NCBI GenBank assembly: GCA_965225855.1
Contig: CBDDCK010000005.1
Location: 1,568,001-1,632,000 of the forward strand
Source: Spirochaetia bacterium
GTDB taxonomy: Bacteria > Spirochaetota > Spirochaetia > SP-2023
Direction of reading: 5' to 3'
DNA: 64,000 bases
Position numbers and translations under genes: made by a program. The notes beneath the pieces were generated by a model that was given only the letters and a program-made list of their open reading frames with translations, had not been told where the DNA came from and ran no database searches. Each line of letters opens with the position of its first letter. Position 1 is the stretch's first letter. Of this stretch, positions 10,547-20,831 are shown piece after piece.

Positions 10547-10704
10547 TTTAGATTGGCGATTTTGCTGCTTAGATTCTGGCTCTTTTGTTACTTAGATTGG
10601 CGATTTTGCTTTTTAGATTCTGGCGATTTTGCTGCTTAGATTCTGGCGATTTTGCTGCTTAGATTCTGGCGATTTTGCTGCTTAGGCTGGCGATGTTTGC
10701 CTTA
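10547..10704. repeat. Tandem repeat, about 23-bp unit (CTTAGATTCTGGCGATTTTGCTG), about 7 degenerate copies
   Basis: Read directly; the middle copies are near-perfect and the flanking copies decay. Confidence 0.85.
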
Positions 10705-12024
10705 TTTAGAATAGACTTTGATGAGCCATTCTGTCGAGTTGGGCTTGCTTAAACCGAGTAAAGCATCATAGCTATCGTCTAAAATCCATAAAATATTCGG
10801 AAATTCTAGGTGGCTAAATAGGCTATTAGCTAATTGCATCGGGTAGACATACCCCCAAGGACCAAGCTGCGGTACGATTTCATCACTTGGCTTTACAGTT
10901 TGTTTTACAGCGTTAGCGCCGCTGAAAGCCATTTGGCTTAGGACTAGAGATAAGTGTCTTCTACCTTCGGTTTCTAAGATAAGTAGATTGTTGCCATCGG
11001 TGGTTAGAGACATAGCAAACTGGCCTACAAGCGTTCCCTTGAGGTAATCCCGATCGCCATTCGGTGCAACGGTGGCAATTTTGTTGCCAGTAACGGCGGC
11101 ATACAGCGTGCCATCGTGGTATAAAAGCCCGTTGAAAGGGGCCAACTCATGGGGGTAATTGTGCGTTCTACTGGTGATAAAGCTGGCACCATTCGCTGTT
11201 TTACCCCGGCTAGCTCCTCGCTTTGCCGATGAATAAACGCTGGCATTGTTGTTGGGGTCTGCTGCGTTTAAGTCTACCTTTACGATGCCTTGAACTCCTC
11301 TATCGCCGATAAAAAGGGCGTCTCTAGCGTTTGATGTGATGCTGTATGCTTGGGATAGCCTGGCCTTGCCACCGATTTTTAGTGCCGTACGCTTGCCATT
11401 GTCTAAGTCTACCGCAACGACAGAGCGGAGGGAGGTCAGTACATATAGCTTGTTGCCTACCAGAGTCATGCCCTTCATGTGGCCGAGACTGGGGCCGGTT
11501 GCCACTTGTTTATTGCCCGTATGTTCGTGCTTATCTTGTTCGGCAAGCGAAAATACTTGGCGTCTACCTGTAGCGGGGTTTACTTTGTAAATCACCTTGC
11601 CATTGTCTATATGGTTATCACCGGCATCGGCAATGTAGAACAAACCATTGGCGTAAACCATTGATATAGGCGTTTTAAATGTAGGGCCTGTGCTGTTTTT
11701 CCACTTGGCATAGAGGACGATTCCTTGGGGGCTAGGCTCTGCATCACGGAAGTTATAGAGCTTAGTTAGTGCTGTATCTGTGTACCAAGCTTCCAGCTGT
11801 TGGTTGGGATTGTAGTAGGTTTTAAGGGAAGGGCCAGCGGGTTGGGAGACTCGGCCAGTCGAGTTAAATTTCTGTTCAAACCGAGCTAGGCCTTGGCTAT
11901 TGGTGATAAAGATTGCGGTATGTTGTATTGTTTGGGGTTGATCTTCGCTATCTTCATCGGTTTCACAAGCAACTATGGACAACAGAAACAACGATAAAAA
12001 ATATAAACATTGATAACGATTCAT
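10702..12024 (-). CDS. Lipoprotein with an InlB-B/Flg_new-like repeat and a beta-propeller-like region
   Basis: Lipobox SIVA-C; WYTDTALTKLYNF...LYAKW repeat signature; repeated FYIAD/LYVL/LFIGD/LYAA strands. Confidence 0.7.
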   Translation of the reverse strand: MNRYQCLYFLSLFLLSIVACETDEDSEDQPQTIQHTAIFITNSQGLARFEQKFNSTGRVSQPAGPSLKTYYNPNQQLEAWYTDTALTKLYNFRDAEPSPQGIVLYAKWKNSTGPTFKTPISMVYANGLFYIADAGDNHIDNGKVIYKVNPATGRRQVFSLAEQDKHEHTGNKQVATGPSLGHMKGMTLVGNKLYVLTSLRSVVAVDLDNGKRTALKIGGKARLSQAYSITSNARDALFIGDRGVQGIVKVDLNAADPNNNASVYSSAKRGASRGKTANGASFITSRTHNYPHELAPFNGLLYHDGTLYAAVTGNKIATVAPNGDRDYLKGTLVGQFAMSLTTDGNNLLILETEGRRHLSLVLSQMAFSGANAVKQTVKPSDEIVPQLGPWGYVYPMQLANSLFSHLEFPNILWILDDSYDALLGLSKPNSTEWLIKVYSK

Positions 12025-12377
12025 ATAAAACCCTACGATATAGTAAGTATCAATTCAGACTATAGCAAAAGTAATTCATTTGGCATAGTATTGATTCTAT
12101 ACAAAATACAATCCAATAATCATCGACAATTGAATTATCAATAATAGATAGTTGGGTTAATTGTTGTAGATTGATGGCTTGTGAATAATCGAAAATTCTT
12201 GCGCTTATTTTCGTCATTTAATTTGCATAGTCAATAGTTTGTGAACGAGTATCATCTTTTTTTGCTTTTGGGATTGTTGTTTTTTTGTCGGTTATTGCTA
12301 TTGGCTCAATATATTTGTATTATGGTTTATCATAGCCTGAATAATTGGCAAAATAAATTGAAATAACGGAGATTGTT

Positions 12378-13814
12378 ATGAAAAAATACTTATATATACC
12401 CATTATCTTAGTGTTGTTGGCTTGCCAAACTTATGATAGCAATCATTACTCTATGGTAATCAAACAATCAGAATACACTTTAGAGACTGGTGTTGCCGAT
12501 GATGTACCGCAACAAACTCAACAGATGATGGAATATTTGCAAGCGACTATGGTTGAGAATATCGACTTAATTTGGAGCAATTATAGTTGGCAAGGCCTAC
12601 AAGTCTTATTTGTTTATCCTTCCAAAGTTAGTTCCTATCTTTGGCCTATTGGCAAACAAATGGTTAAAGTACAGACGAAAGAGCTACCCGAACAAGCACA
12701 AGGTCTCTATGGCAATCTGTATATCAATGGCCGACAAACGCTGACAATAAACTTAGAAAACGATTACATTCGCTCTGTATCTATAGGGGCTCGGTTAGTT
12801 GCCCATGAGTTTTTTCACTTTACTGCCCAAAGGGATTGGAACTTTCGTAATGAACGGGCAACCCTTTACCCCAAGCAAGCCAGGCCTCGCTTGTACCGAA
12901 AGATGATTTACAAAGCATTGGCAGCCTACTGGCAAAGCCTTGGCACAGAAAGCCAAAGTCAGGCAAAGCAGCAGCTAGGCTATGCGCGTTATTGGTATGA
13001 CCGTTGGCTCAATGAATACCCAAATGAGTTAAAACAGTCTCAAGATATAGTGGAAGGCACGGCCAATTACGTAGATATTATGGCCGGGGCTATGGGAAGT
13101 TTGAAGGCGAAAGCTAGGGCAATCAATGAAGAAAACTTGCAAAAATCCCTCCAGAATCTGCAACATTTATTTACACCTTATATGGAATCCGAATCGGTTT
13201 CTTTAGATCAAGAAGCCTATGGTCTGGGAGCTTTGGCGGTTACTATGCTGCGTTTTGGTGCGGTACGCCCCGAATTGAGCCTAGAAGGTTGGAATGATTT
13301 AATTGCCAAAGGCCAGGAACCGCTGGCAATTCTGCTAGAAAATGTTGCGCCGATACAGCAAGAACCCGATGCGGTATCGCAGGAACAACTGGAGAGAATC
13401 ATTGAAGAAGAAAACGAGATTCTAGCACCTACCTATGATGTATTGGTGGCTCAATGGTTGGATAGCGCCAACTATGTGCGGGTACGCTTACCTATTGAAT
13501 TTCTATATGCGCAGGGAAACCTATATGCAATCGACTTTGGTTACCTTAGCAATATTGGACAAAAAGCCATTCAATTGGCGCAACCCCATTCGGTTGTCTC
13601 GACAACCGGGGGCAAAACTCGGCTTAGTTTGGATAATGGCTTTATTGAGCAGCAGCCTTTTTTAATCGTGATGCTAAAGCACAGTCTATTTAAGAAGACC
13701 GATAAAATACAGACATTGACCCTGCCTAAAGCCGATAATGATTCTTTTATTCGTGGAAAATTACAAGGCCGCCTACAACAACAAGAAGGCATAACTTACT
13801 TTGTTGCCGAGTAA
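12378..13814 (+). CDS. Lipoprotein, putative gluzincin-type Zn metallopeptidase
   Basis: Lipobox LLA-C; AHEFFH (HEXXH) plus downstream EGTANY third-ligand motif. Confidence 0.75.
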   Translation: MKKYLYIPIILVLLACQTYDSNHYSMVIKQSEYTLETGVADDVPQQTQQMMEYLQATMVENIDLIWSNYSWQGLQVLFVYPSKVSSYLWPIGKQMVKVQTKELPEQAQGLYGNLYINGRQTLTINLENDYIRSVSIGARLVAHEFFHFTAQRDWNFRNERATLYPKQARPRLYRKMIYKALAAYWQSLGTESQSQAKQQLGYARYWYDRWLNEYPNELKQSQDIVEGTANYVDIMAGAMGSLKAKARAINEENLQKSLQNLQHLFTPYMESESVSLDQEAYGLGALAVTMLRFGAVRPELSLEGWNDLIAKGQEPLAILLENVAPIQQEPDAVSQEQLERIIEEENEILAPTYDVLVAQWLDSANYVRVRLPIEFLYAQGNLYAIDFGYLSNIGQKAIQLAQPHSVVSTTGGKTRLSLDNGFIEQQPFLIVMLKHSLFKKTDKIQTLTLPKADNDSFIRGKLQGRLQQQEGITYFVAE

Positions 13815-14116
13815 AGTAACCATGATGAATGGGATTTATTTATGAATCTCTATCCATATATCTAGGGATTATAGATTGAGTATCAACGACAATAGACTTG
13901 ATACTCAATCAATTATTTAGCTATAACCGTAGATAAGTGATTGTTTCCCTATATAAATTAAAAATAATTATTGAATCGATTGTGAATGGTAATCGTTTTT
14001 TTACAATTCTACTTTATTTTATCTTTGGTTTTATTGTCTATGAATGACAAAGTTTATACAATAGAATTTAATTCATCTTATAGATGATAAACTTTATTAA
14101 AGGAATGGAGATTCTT

Positions 14117-15553
14117 ATGAAACCATATCTATATTTATTTTTGGGGTTGGTGCTATTGGCCTGCCAAACCTACGACAAGACAAAGCCTTATATGGCCGTT
14201 CAAGGGCAAAAGTCTACGGTACAAACCAGCGTTGCCACTGATGTAGCGCAACAGGTACAGCGACTAAAGGCTAGTTTGCAATGGATTATGCTGGAAAATT
14301 TCTCGCTAATTTGGAGTGATTATCGTTGGCAGGACTACCAAATATTATTGGTTAATTCTTCTAAACCCGTTTCATACCTTTGGCCGATTGGTAAAGAGCT
14401 ATTGGCTGTAAAGACGAAAGAGCTTCCTGCTCAAGCCGAAGGTCTTTATGAAAACTTACATATCAATGGTCGGCAAACGCTGGTATTGCAATTAGAAGGT
14501 ACGGCTATTGATTCTGTAGAACAGTTGGCAGCGATGACAACAGCAGAATTGTTCCGGGCTTTTGTCCAAGAGAATTGGAACTTTAATTATCAACATGGGC
14601 CGATATACCCAAGGCAGGCTAGCTCGCGCTTGTACCCAAGAATGATTGCTCAATCATTGATTGCCTACTGGCAAAGCGTTGGCACAGAAAGCGAAAGTCT
14701 AGCAAAGCAGAGTTTAGGCCAGGCGCGTTATTGGTATGATCGTTGGCAAAAAGAATTTCCATATCAACTAGAGCGAACGGCTGTAGCGGTGCTTGGTGGT
14801 GCTTTTTATGTAGAGATGATGGCCCAAGCTATGTTAGACTTGCAAGCCAAAGCCACAGCATTGAACGAAACAAACATAGAAAAATATCTACAAAGCCAGC
14901 GAGAACGGTTTGATACCTTTACGAGCCCCGAACAATTTTCCCCAGATATTGAAGGCCATGGTCTGGGAGCTTTGGCGGTTACCCTGCTGCGTTTTGGTAC
15001 GGTACGCCCCGAATTAAACTTAAAAGATTGGAATGATTGGATTGCCGAAGGCCAAGAACCGCTGGCGATTCTGCTAGACAATGTTGCTCCGATACAGCAA
15101 GAGCCCGATAGCTTATTGCAGGCAAAGTTAGAAAAAAGCAGCGAAAAGAAAAACCAAACCCTAGCACCTACTTACGATGTATTGATGGCCCAATGGTTGG
15201 ATAGCGCCAATTATGTGCGGGTACGCTTTCCTGCTTTATTCCTGTATCAGCATGGAAGCTATCACCCAAGCGATGGGTCTTACCTGCAAGCTATTGGGCA
15301 ACGAGCGATGCAAATGGCGGAATCATATACCTTAGCCTCCACCACTGTGGGCAAAACTAAGCTAGAGCTGGACAAGGGCTTTATTACTCAAGATAACTCT
15401 TTCATCGTGATGCTCAAGCGCAGTTTGTTTCAACAGACCGATCAATCGCAGACTTTGACCCTGCCTAAAGCCGATAAGGATAGTTTTATTAGTGGCAAAC
15501 TGCAAGGCAAACTGCAACAACAACAAGGCATAACTTACTTTCTTGCCGAGTAA
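14117..15553 (+). CDS. Paralogous lipoprotein with a degenerate metallopeptidase site
   Basis: Colinear with 12378..13814, but AHEFFH is replaced by TAELFR and EGTANY by LGGAFY; ATG at 14117 after GGAG. Confidence 0.8.
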   Translation: MKPYLYLFLGLVLLACQTYDKTKPYMAVQGQKSTVQTSVATDVAQQVQRLKASLQWIMLENFSLIWSDYRWQDYQILLVNSSKPVSYLWPIGKELLAVKTKELPAQAEGLYENLHINGRQTLVLQLEGTAIDSVEQLAAMTTAELFRAFVQENWNFNYQHGPIYPRQASSRLYPRMIAQSLIAYWQSVGTESESLAKQSLGQARYWYDRWQKEFPYQLERTAVAVLGGAFYVEMMAQAMLDLQAKATALNETNIEKYLQSQRERFDTFTSPEQFSPDIEGHGLGALAVTLLRFGTVRPELNLKDWNDWIAEGQEPLAILLDNVAPIQQEPDSLLQAKLEKSSEKKNQTLAPTYDVLMAQWLDSANYVRVRFPALFLYQHGSYHPSDGSYLQAIGQRAMQMAESYTLASTTVGKTKLELDKGFITQDNSFIVMLKRSLFQQTDQSQTLTLPKADKDSFISGKLQGKLQQQQGITYFLAE

Positions 15554-15578
15554 AACCGCCGCCTAAAACGGTAATAGT

Positions 15579-15612
15579 GCCCAGCATTCTAATTAGAATG
15601 CTGGGCTTTTTT
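15579..15612 (+). terminator. Intrinsic terminator
   Basis: GCCCAGCATTCTAA/TTAGAATGCTGGGC stem followed by TTTTTT. Confidence 0.85.
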
Positions 15613-15675
15613 GTTTGGGTCTTTTCGGCTATTGGGGTATGATGCCGTTGCAATCCATATTCTTTGTTTATGGCA

Positions 15676-15708
15676 ACAATGTGAATATTCACCGAATATT
15701 CACATTGT
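15676..15708. promoter_or_regulatory. Operator-like 15-bp inverted repeat upstream of a lipoprotein gene
   Basis: ACAATGTGAATATTC-ACC-GAATATTCACATTGT, with a third GAATATTC shortly after. Confidence 0.45.
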
Positions 15709-15845
15709 ATTCACTGAATATTCATCTATATATCTATTTATTTACAATAATAAAATCGTAATATTGACATATTGTATCAATTATTGAATAATTGCAAGTG
15801 TTGGCAGTTTGGCTGACGATATACCCTTTCCTTATGGAGGAATCT

Positions 15846-16787
15846 ATGATCTATAACTACAAAATAAGCGCTTTTTGGGGTTTGGGCCTGTTATTAGCAT
15901 TGGCTTGTGAGCCGATTGACAAGAAGGAAGACAAAGACATTTCCCCTCCAAAGCGGTTAAACAAGGGCAAGGTTAAGCATGGTTTTCTCATTGTTCCCAA
16001 TAGTTATGGTACAGGAAGTAAGTTAGTTTTGGCTTTTGACGAACAGGTAACCATGAATGGTTGGCGTGAAGATGATGGCAGAACTCAATTTGCTGCTCTT
16101 TATTTAAAGGCGTATCGCGGGGACAGTAACACTAGCCTTTGGGCAGTAGATAGTGAAAATGCAAAGATAAAACCACTAGAAGGCGAGGGAAGTGTATCCG
16201 CTTCAGGGGATGCCTATAGACAATTTTGGATTCTTACCCTTGGCACAGCGTTGCAACAAGGCGACACATTGTACCCCGTATCTAGTAAGATTCACGATGC
16301 TGCAGGCAACAGTGCGCTGCCGAAAGCTGATGACAATGCCCTCGTCTTTAAGTTACCTGCGCCCGATACCACTGTGCCAAAGGCTTATACAACAATCCCT
16401 ATACTGGCCGATGGCTATGGAGATGGCGATCGGATTCAATTGCATTTTGATGACTATGTCCATATGAATGGTTGGAAATTTAGTGTTAATGATGGAAATA
16501 GCTCAAGGAGTCATGCAGCGCCTTTCTACTTTAATGTTAGTAGAGGTACATGGAATGACGCCACAACAGGCGGGACAATTCTTCCCGTTTCTGGTTATTT
16601 TACGACCTTTGATAGTAAGGTTTATGCCAGTGTTTGGGTTATTACCCTAGCGGGAAACACTGGCCTAGCACAAGGAGATAAGCTATTCCCGAAAACTGGC
16701 CAAGTGGTAGACCTGTCCGGAAACGCTGCGGTAGCCAGTGATAGTGGCAGTGCTGCCTTTACATTGCCAACGCCAACTCCAAAGTAA
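15846..16787 (+). CDS. Lipoprotein with two Ig-like/beta-sandwich repeats (pair member 1)
   Basis: Lipobox LALA-C; internal repeat (YGxGxxxxLxFD...LYP...DxxGNxA); GGAGG RBS. Confidence 0.75.
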   Translation: MIYNYKISAFWGLGLLLALACEPIDKKEDKDISPPKRLNKGKVKHGFLIVPNSYGTGSKLVLAFDEQVTMNGWREDDGRTQFAALYLKAYRGDSNTSLWAVDSENAKIKPLEGEGSVSASGDAYRQFWILTLGTALQQGDTLYPVSSKIHDAAGNSALPKADDNALVFKLPAPDTTVPKAYTTIPILADGYGDGDRIQLHFDDYVHMNGWKFSVNDGNSSRSHAAPFYFNVSRGTWNDATTGGTILPVSGYFTTFDSKVYASVWVITLAGNTGLAQGDKLFPKTGQVVDLSGNAAVASDSGSAAFTLPTPTPK

Positions 16788-16949
16788 GTAAGCGATTGTT
16801 CACATAATATTCATAGGTTTCAACAGAGATAGTCTATTTTTTTGTCATAATATGATTATTATATAGACAATGTATATCGCTTGTATTATTATCCTGAATG
16901 TTGGCAGTTTGGCTGGCGATATACCCTTTTCCTGATGGAGGAATCTATT

Positions 16950-17918
16950 ATGTATAAGTACAGAATCACCGTTTTTATGGCCTTAGGCCTGTTATTAGCA
17001 TTGGCTTGTGTAGCGCCCGGCGAGGAGGAACCAAAAGATACTTCCCCCCCAAACAAACTAATCAATGAATACATCACCAATGGTATTGGTCTTGTTCCCA
17101 ACAATTATAACAAAGGTAGTAAGCTAATCTTGGCCTTTAATGAGCCGGTAACCATGGTAAATTGGCGTGAAAGTGATGGTGAAAGCCATAGAGTTGTTCA
17201 TTATTTAAAGTTGCATCGAAATAACAGTGAAAGTGGCTTTTGGAACCAAAAAAGCGAAAATGCAAAGATAAAGCCACTAGATGGTGAGGTAGAACAATCG
17301 GCTTCTGGTGCTATCTATACACAGTATTGGATTCTGACTATTGCGACACCATTAGCAGAAGGTGATAGATTATACCCGATAGGTAGTCAGATCAAAGACC
17401 GAGCAGGCAATGGTGCGCTTCCTAGAAAAGATAAGAATGCTCTAGCCTTTGTGTTGCCTGCCCCAGATACTACTGTGCCTAAGGCCCATAAAACGCAAGC
17501 TATCAGTGCAGATGGCTATGGCAATGGTAATGCAATTCTATTACAGTTTGATGACTATGTTATGATGAAGGGTTGGACATTCGATAAAAGTCAGTTATTA
17601 ATCTTGAAATTTATGGCTACACCAGAGACTAAAGCTGCCCCATTATACTTTGATGTTAGCAATAGTCGTACATGGAATGATGCTTCAACGGGCGGGACAA
17701 TTGCTCCGTATCCCGGCACGATCGTTCTTTTTGATAATACGATTTATGCCAGTGCGTGGACGATAACCCTAGCAGGAACCACCGGTTTACAAGCAGGTGA
17801 TGTATTACACCCGAAAATGGGCCAAGTGGTAGATCGGTCGGGAAACGTTGCGGAACATACGAATAGTGGTAGTGCTGCCTTTACATTGCCAGCACTTCCA
17901 CCTGCCAGTATCTACTAA
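16950..17918 (+). CDS. Lipoprotein with two Ig-like/beta-sandwich repeats (pair member 2)
   Basis: Colinear paralog of 15846..16787 (SENAKIKPL, LPAPDTTVPKA, SGSAAFTLP shared); same leader and RBS. Confidence 0.75.
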   Translation: MYKYRITVFMALGLLLALACVAPGEEEPKDTSPPNKLINEYITNGIGLVPNNYNKGSKLILAFNEPVTMVNWRESDGESHRVVHYLKLHRNNSESGFWNQKSENAKIKPLDGEVEQSASGAIYTQYWILTIATPLAEGDRLYPIGSQIKDRAGNGALPRKDKNALAFVLPAPDTTVPKAHKTQAISADGYGNGNAILLQFDDYVMMKGWTFDKSQLLILKFMATPETKAAPLYFDVSNSRTWNDASTGGTIAPYPGTIVLFDNTIYASAWTITLAGTTGLQAGDVLHPKMGQVVDRSGNVAEHTNSGSAAFTLPALPPASIY

Positions 17919-18212
17919 AGCTATTTTGGGATTCACTGTTACCAAGGCCAACTCTTTAGGAGCTGGCCTTGGTAATACGCTGTTTTTATTAGCCATATTC
18001 TATTATTTAGCCGCCCAATTATGCAAATAAGCATACTGATAATCGTAGCTAATCATATAGCAAACCATAGATAATTTTGTTGGTTGTCGCAGAAAATTAC
18101 AGCAACAATTGATTACAGTAAAACGATCAATATAGTATATTTTGGGCCAATAAAATAAAGTTCGCTGTTTGGTAATTGCCATTTTGCCAGCCGATCAGCA
18201 TAATAGCAGCCT

Positions 18213-20126
18213 ATGAAGATGTCTAAATTAATTGGCCAAACCCGCAAGGAAGTACCTGTGGGTTTGAGTGCCCGTAGCCATGAATTACTGCTTCGCGCTG
18301 GCTATATCCACCAAGTTGCCGCCGGTATTTTTAGCTATTTGCCTTTGGGCTTGCGGGTTTTACAAAAGATTTGCGCCATTTTACGCCAAGAGTTACAGGC
18401 AATTGGCGGCCAAGAAGTGCAGATGCCGGTGGTCCAACCCGCCGATCTTTGGCAGCAAAGTGGGCGTTGGTACAAGATTGGAGCGGAGATGGGCCGCTTT
18501 ATTGACCGCAAGGGCCACAACATGGCTCTGGCAATGACGCACGAAGAAGCTACGGCAGACATGGTGCGTCAATTCGTGCATAGTTACCGTGATCTACCAC
18601 GTTTGGTTTATCATGTACAGACCAAATGGCGCGATGATCCACGCCCTCGTGCGGGTTTAATACGGGTTCGTGAATTTACTATGAAGGATAGTTATTCGCT
18701 AGACCACAGTTGGCAGGGGTTGGAACAACAGTATTACAAGCACTATCACGCTTATTTTCGCATCTTTGGTCGTTGTGCTTTGCCGGTTATGGCCGTGCTT
18801 TCCGATACCGGTATGATGGGTGGCCGTATGGCCCATGAATTTATGTATGCTAGCGAAGTCGGCGAAGATATTATTATACATTGCCGTGATTGTGGCTATA
18901 AAGCCAATCGCCAAGTGGCCAAATTCCGCAAGGGCCAAAGCACAAACCAGCAGCAAACGGCCCCGCTATCGTTGCAACCGCTGCAGGAAGTCGCCACTCC
19001 CAATTGCAAAACCATTGCAGAGGTATCCCAATTGTTGCAGGTAGAAGCCAGCCAATGCGCTAAGATGGTGTTTTTTGTTGCCAGCTTTGCGCAAGAACAA
19101 TCGGCGGTTCAGCAAACGCAAAGTGGCGATATAGCTAGTGGTTCTTTACGACATCAGCAGGTGAAGCAAATGTTAGTTGCTGCGGTATTGCCCGGCAATA
19201 TGGATTTGAATCAGACAAAACTGGGGGTATTGATTGCGGCTAAAGAGTTACGGCCCGCAGATTCTGAAGAAATTTTAGCGGTAGGTGCGGTGCCGGGGTA
19301 TGCGTCTCCCATAGGGCTTATCGGTGGTTCTGGGGCAGAGAATCAGCGATGTTTGCCTTTAATCATTGTGGTTGATGATCTGATTGCCAGCGATAGTCAA
19401 GTTAATTGGATAGGTGGTGCCAACAAAGAAGGCTTTCACTTGCGGGGCTTAAACTACGGTAGAGACTTCAAAGCCCACTATGTTGGGGACTTATCTACTG
19501 CGGCTGCTGGCTGCCTTTGCCACGATTGTGGCAGTGTGTTGCACAGTTATAGGGCGGTAGAAGTGGGCAATATCTTCCAGCTTGGCACTTTTTATAGTGA
19601 AGCTATGGGCTGTTATTTCAAAGATGAAAGCGGCAATCAGCAGCCGGTAATCATGGGTTCTTACGGTATTGGTGTGGGGCGATTGGCCGCTTGCATTGCC
19701 GAACAACACAACGATACCGATGGTTTGTGTTGGCCGATTAGTGTAGCCCCGTACCAATTGCACTTGCTATCTCTGGCGGGAAAAAACGATACCGAGGTGC
19801 AAACTCTGGCAGAGGAGCTCTATCAACAATTGATTGCTGCCGGCGTTGAAGTACTGTTTGATGAGCGAGAACAGCGACCTGGCTTTAAATTTAAAGATGC
19901 AGATTTAATTGGAATCCCTATTTGTTTGACTGTGAGTAAGCGATCGTTAGAGCATGGAGCTGCGGAGTTTCAGTTGCGTAGCGATAAGCCCAGCAAGGAA
20001 GAGCCTAAAACTTTTTGGCCAATGACAGAGGTTATCGCCAAAGCTCTGGCCGAGATTGAGCGTTTAGAACGGCAATGTTTGGCCTTTGATTCAAGCCTTC
20101 AGCCTACGGATACTTACAGTATTTAG
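18213..20126 (+). CDS. proS: Proline--tRNA ligase
   Basis: LAMTHEE, KWRDDPRPRAGLIRVREFTMKDSYS, editing (INS) domain, EVGNIFQLG, MGSYGIGVGR, anticodon-binding domain. Confidence 0.97.
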   Translation: MKMSKLIGQTRKEVPVGLSARSHELLLRAGYIHQVAAGIFSYLPLGLRVLQKICAILRQELQAIGGQEVQMPVVQPADLWQQSGRWYKIGAEMGRFIDRKGHNMALAMTHEEATADMVRQFVHSYRDLPRLVYHVQTKWRDDPRPRAGLIRVREFTMKDSYSLDHSWQGLEQQYYKHYHAYFRIFGRCALPVMAVLSDTGMMGGRMAHEFMYASEVGEDIIIHCRDCGYKANRQVAKFRKGQSTNQQQTAPLSLQPLQEVATPNCKTIAEVSQLLQVEASQCAKMVFFVASFAQEQSAVQQTQSGDIASGSLRHQQVKQMLVAAVLPGNMDLNQTKLGVLIAAKELRPADSEEILAVGAVPGYASPIGLIGGSGAENQRCLPLIIVVDDLIASDSQVNWIGGANKEGFHLRGLNYGRDFKAHYVGDLSTAAAGCLCHDCGSVLHSYRAVEVGNIFQLGTFYSEAMGCYFKDESGNQQPVIMGSYGIGVGRLAACIAEQHNDTDGLCWPISVAPYQLHLLSLAGKNDTEVQTLAEELYQQLIAAGVEVLFDEREQRPGFKFKDADLIGIPICLTVSKRSLEHGAAEFQLRSDKPSKEEPKTFWPMTEVIAKALAEIERLERQCLAFDSSLQPTDTYSI

Positions 20127-20220
20127 CTTGGCATTCGGTATAGTTGGGTTTGGTTCTGTGCGATATTCTGCTTGTTTTCGTGTTAATAAGGGCTTCCGTA
20201 TTTCCGCTTTTTAATAAATT

Positions 20221-20796
20221 TTGTATAATGGTGTTATGTTATTGTTACCGAATCACAGACCCACACACGGGCATTTTTGGGCTAACTGCCTATTTGTAAG
20301 TATTGTCATTATTGCGGCAAGCATGTTGCTTTCTTGTAATAGTAGCACTCCAGCTTTAGACCAAGAATCGCCAAGTTTGTACTTTAAAGCTGCGGAACAA
20401 GCGCGTTTCCAGCGCAAATATCGAAAAGCTGTGGAACTGTACAAGTTGACACAGCTGCGCTTTGCCGATAACTTTCCGATCATTTTAGAGGCAGAGTTTA
20501 GTATTGCACAAATTTATTTTTCTTGGCAAGGCCACAATAAAGAGGCTGAAAAACACTATCTTAATGTTGTGGCCTTTTACGATCGTCCAGAGATTGGCAC
20601 CGATGTTTTCCCCCAAAGTTACTTACATTTGGCCCGTAAAAACTTGGAGGAGATCGAGCATAAAAGGCAAAGTTTCCGTTTGTTACCGCCAAAAACCAAC
20701 GGGGTAAAAAGCGTTTATGATTTGCCTACCAAACAGAAAGACACTGATTTTGGCAATGGTAGCACCGATAGTTCGGCAAAAGATGGAGCAGAATAG
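20221..20796 (+). CDS. TPR/BamD-like lipoprotein
   Basis: Lipobox LLS-C followed by TPR-like helices; start uncertain. Confidence 0.6.
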   Translation: MYNGVMLLLPNHRPTHGHFWANCLFVSIVIIAASMLLSCNSSTPALDQESPSLYFKAAEQARFQRKYRKAVELYKLTQLRFADNFPIILEAEFSIAQIYFSWQGHNKEAEKHYLNVVAFYDRPEIGTDVFPQSYLHLARKNLEEIEHKRQSFRLLPPKTNGVKSVYDLPTKQKDTDFGNGSTDSSAKDGAE

Positions 20797-20831
20797 CCAA
20801 TAAAATGGCTATCAAATAGGGCTTTACCATA

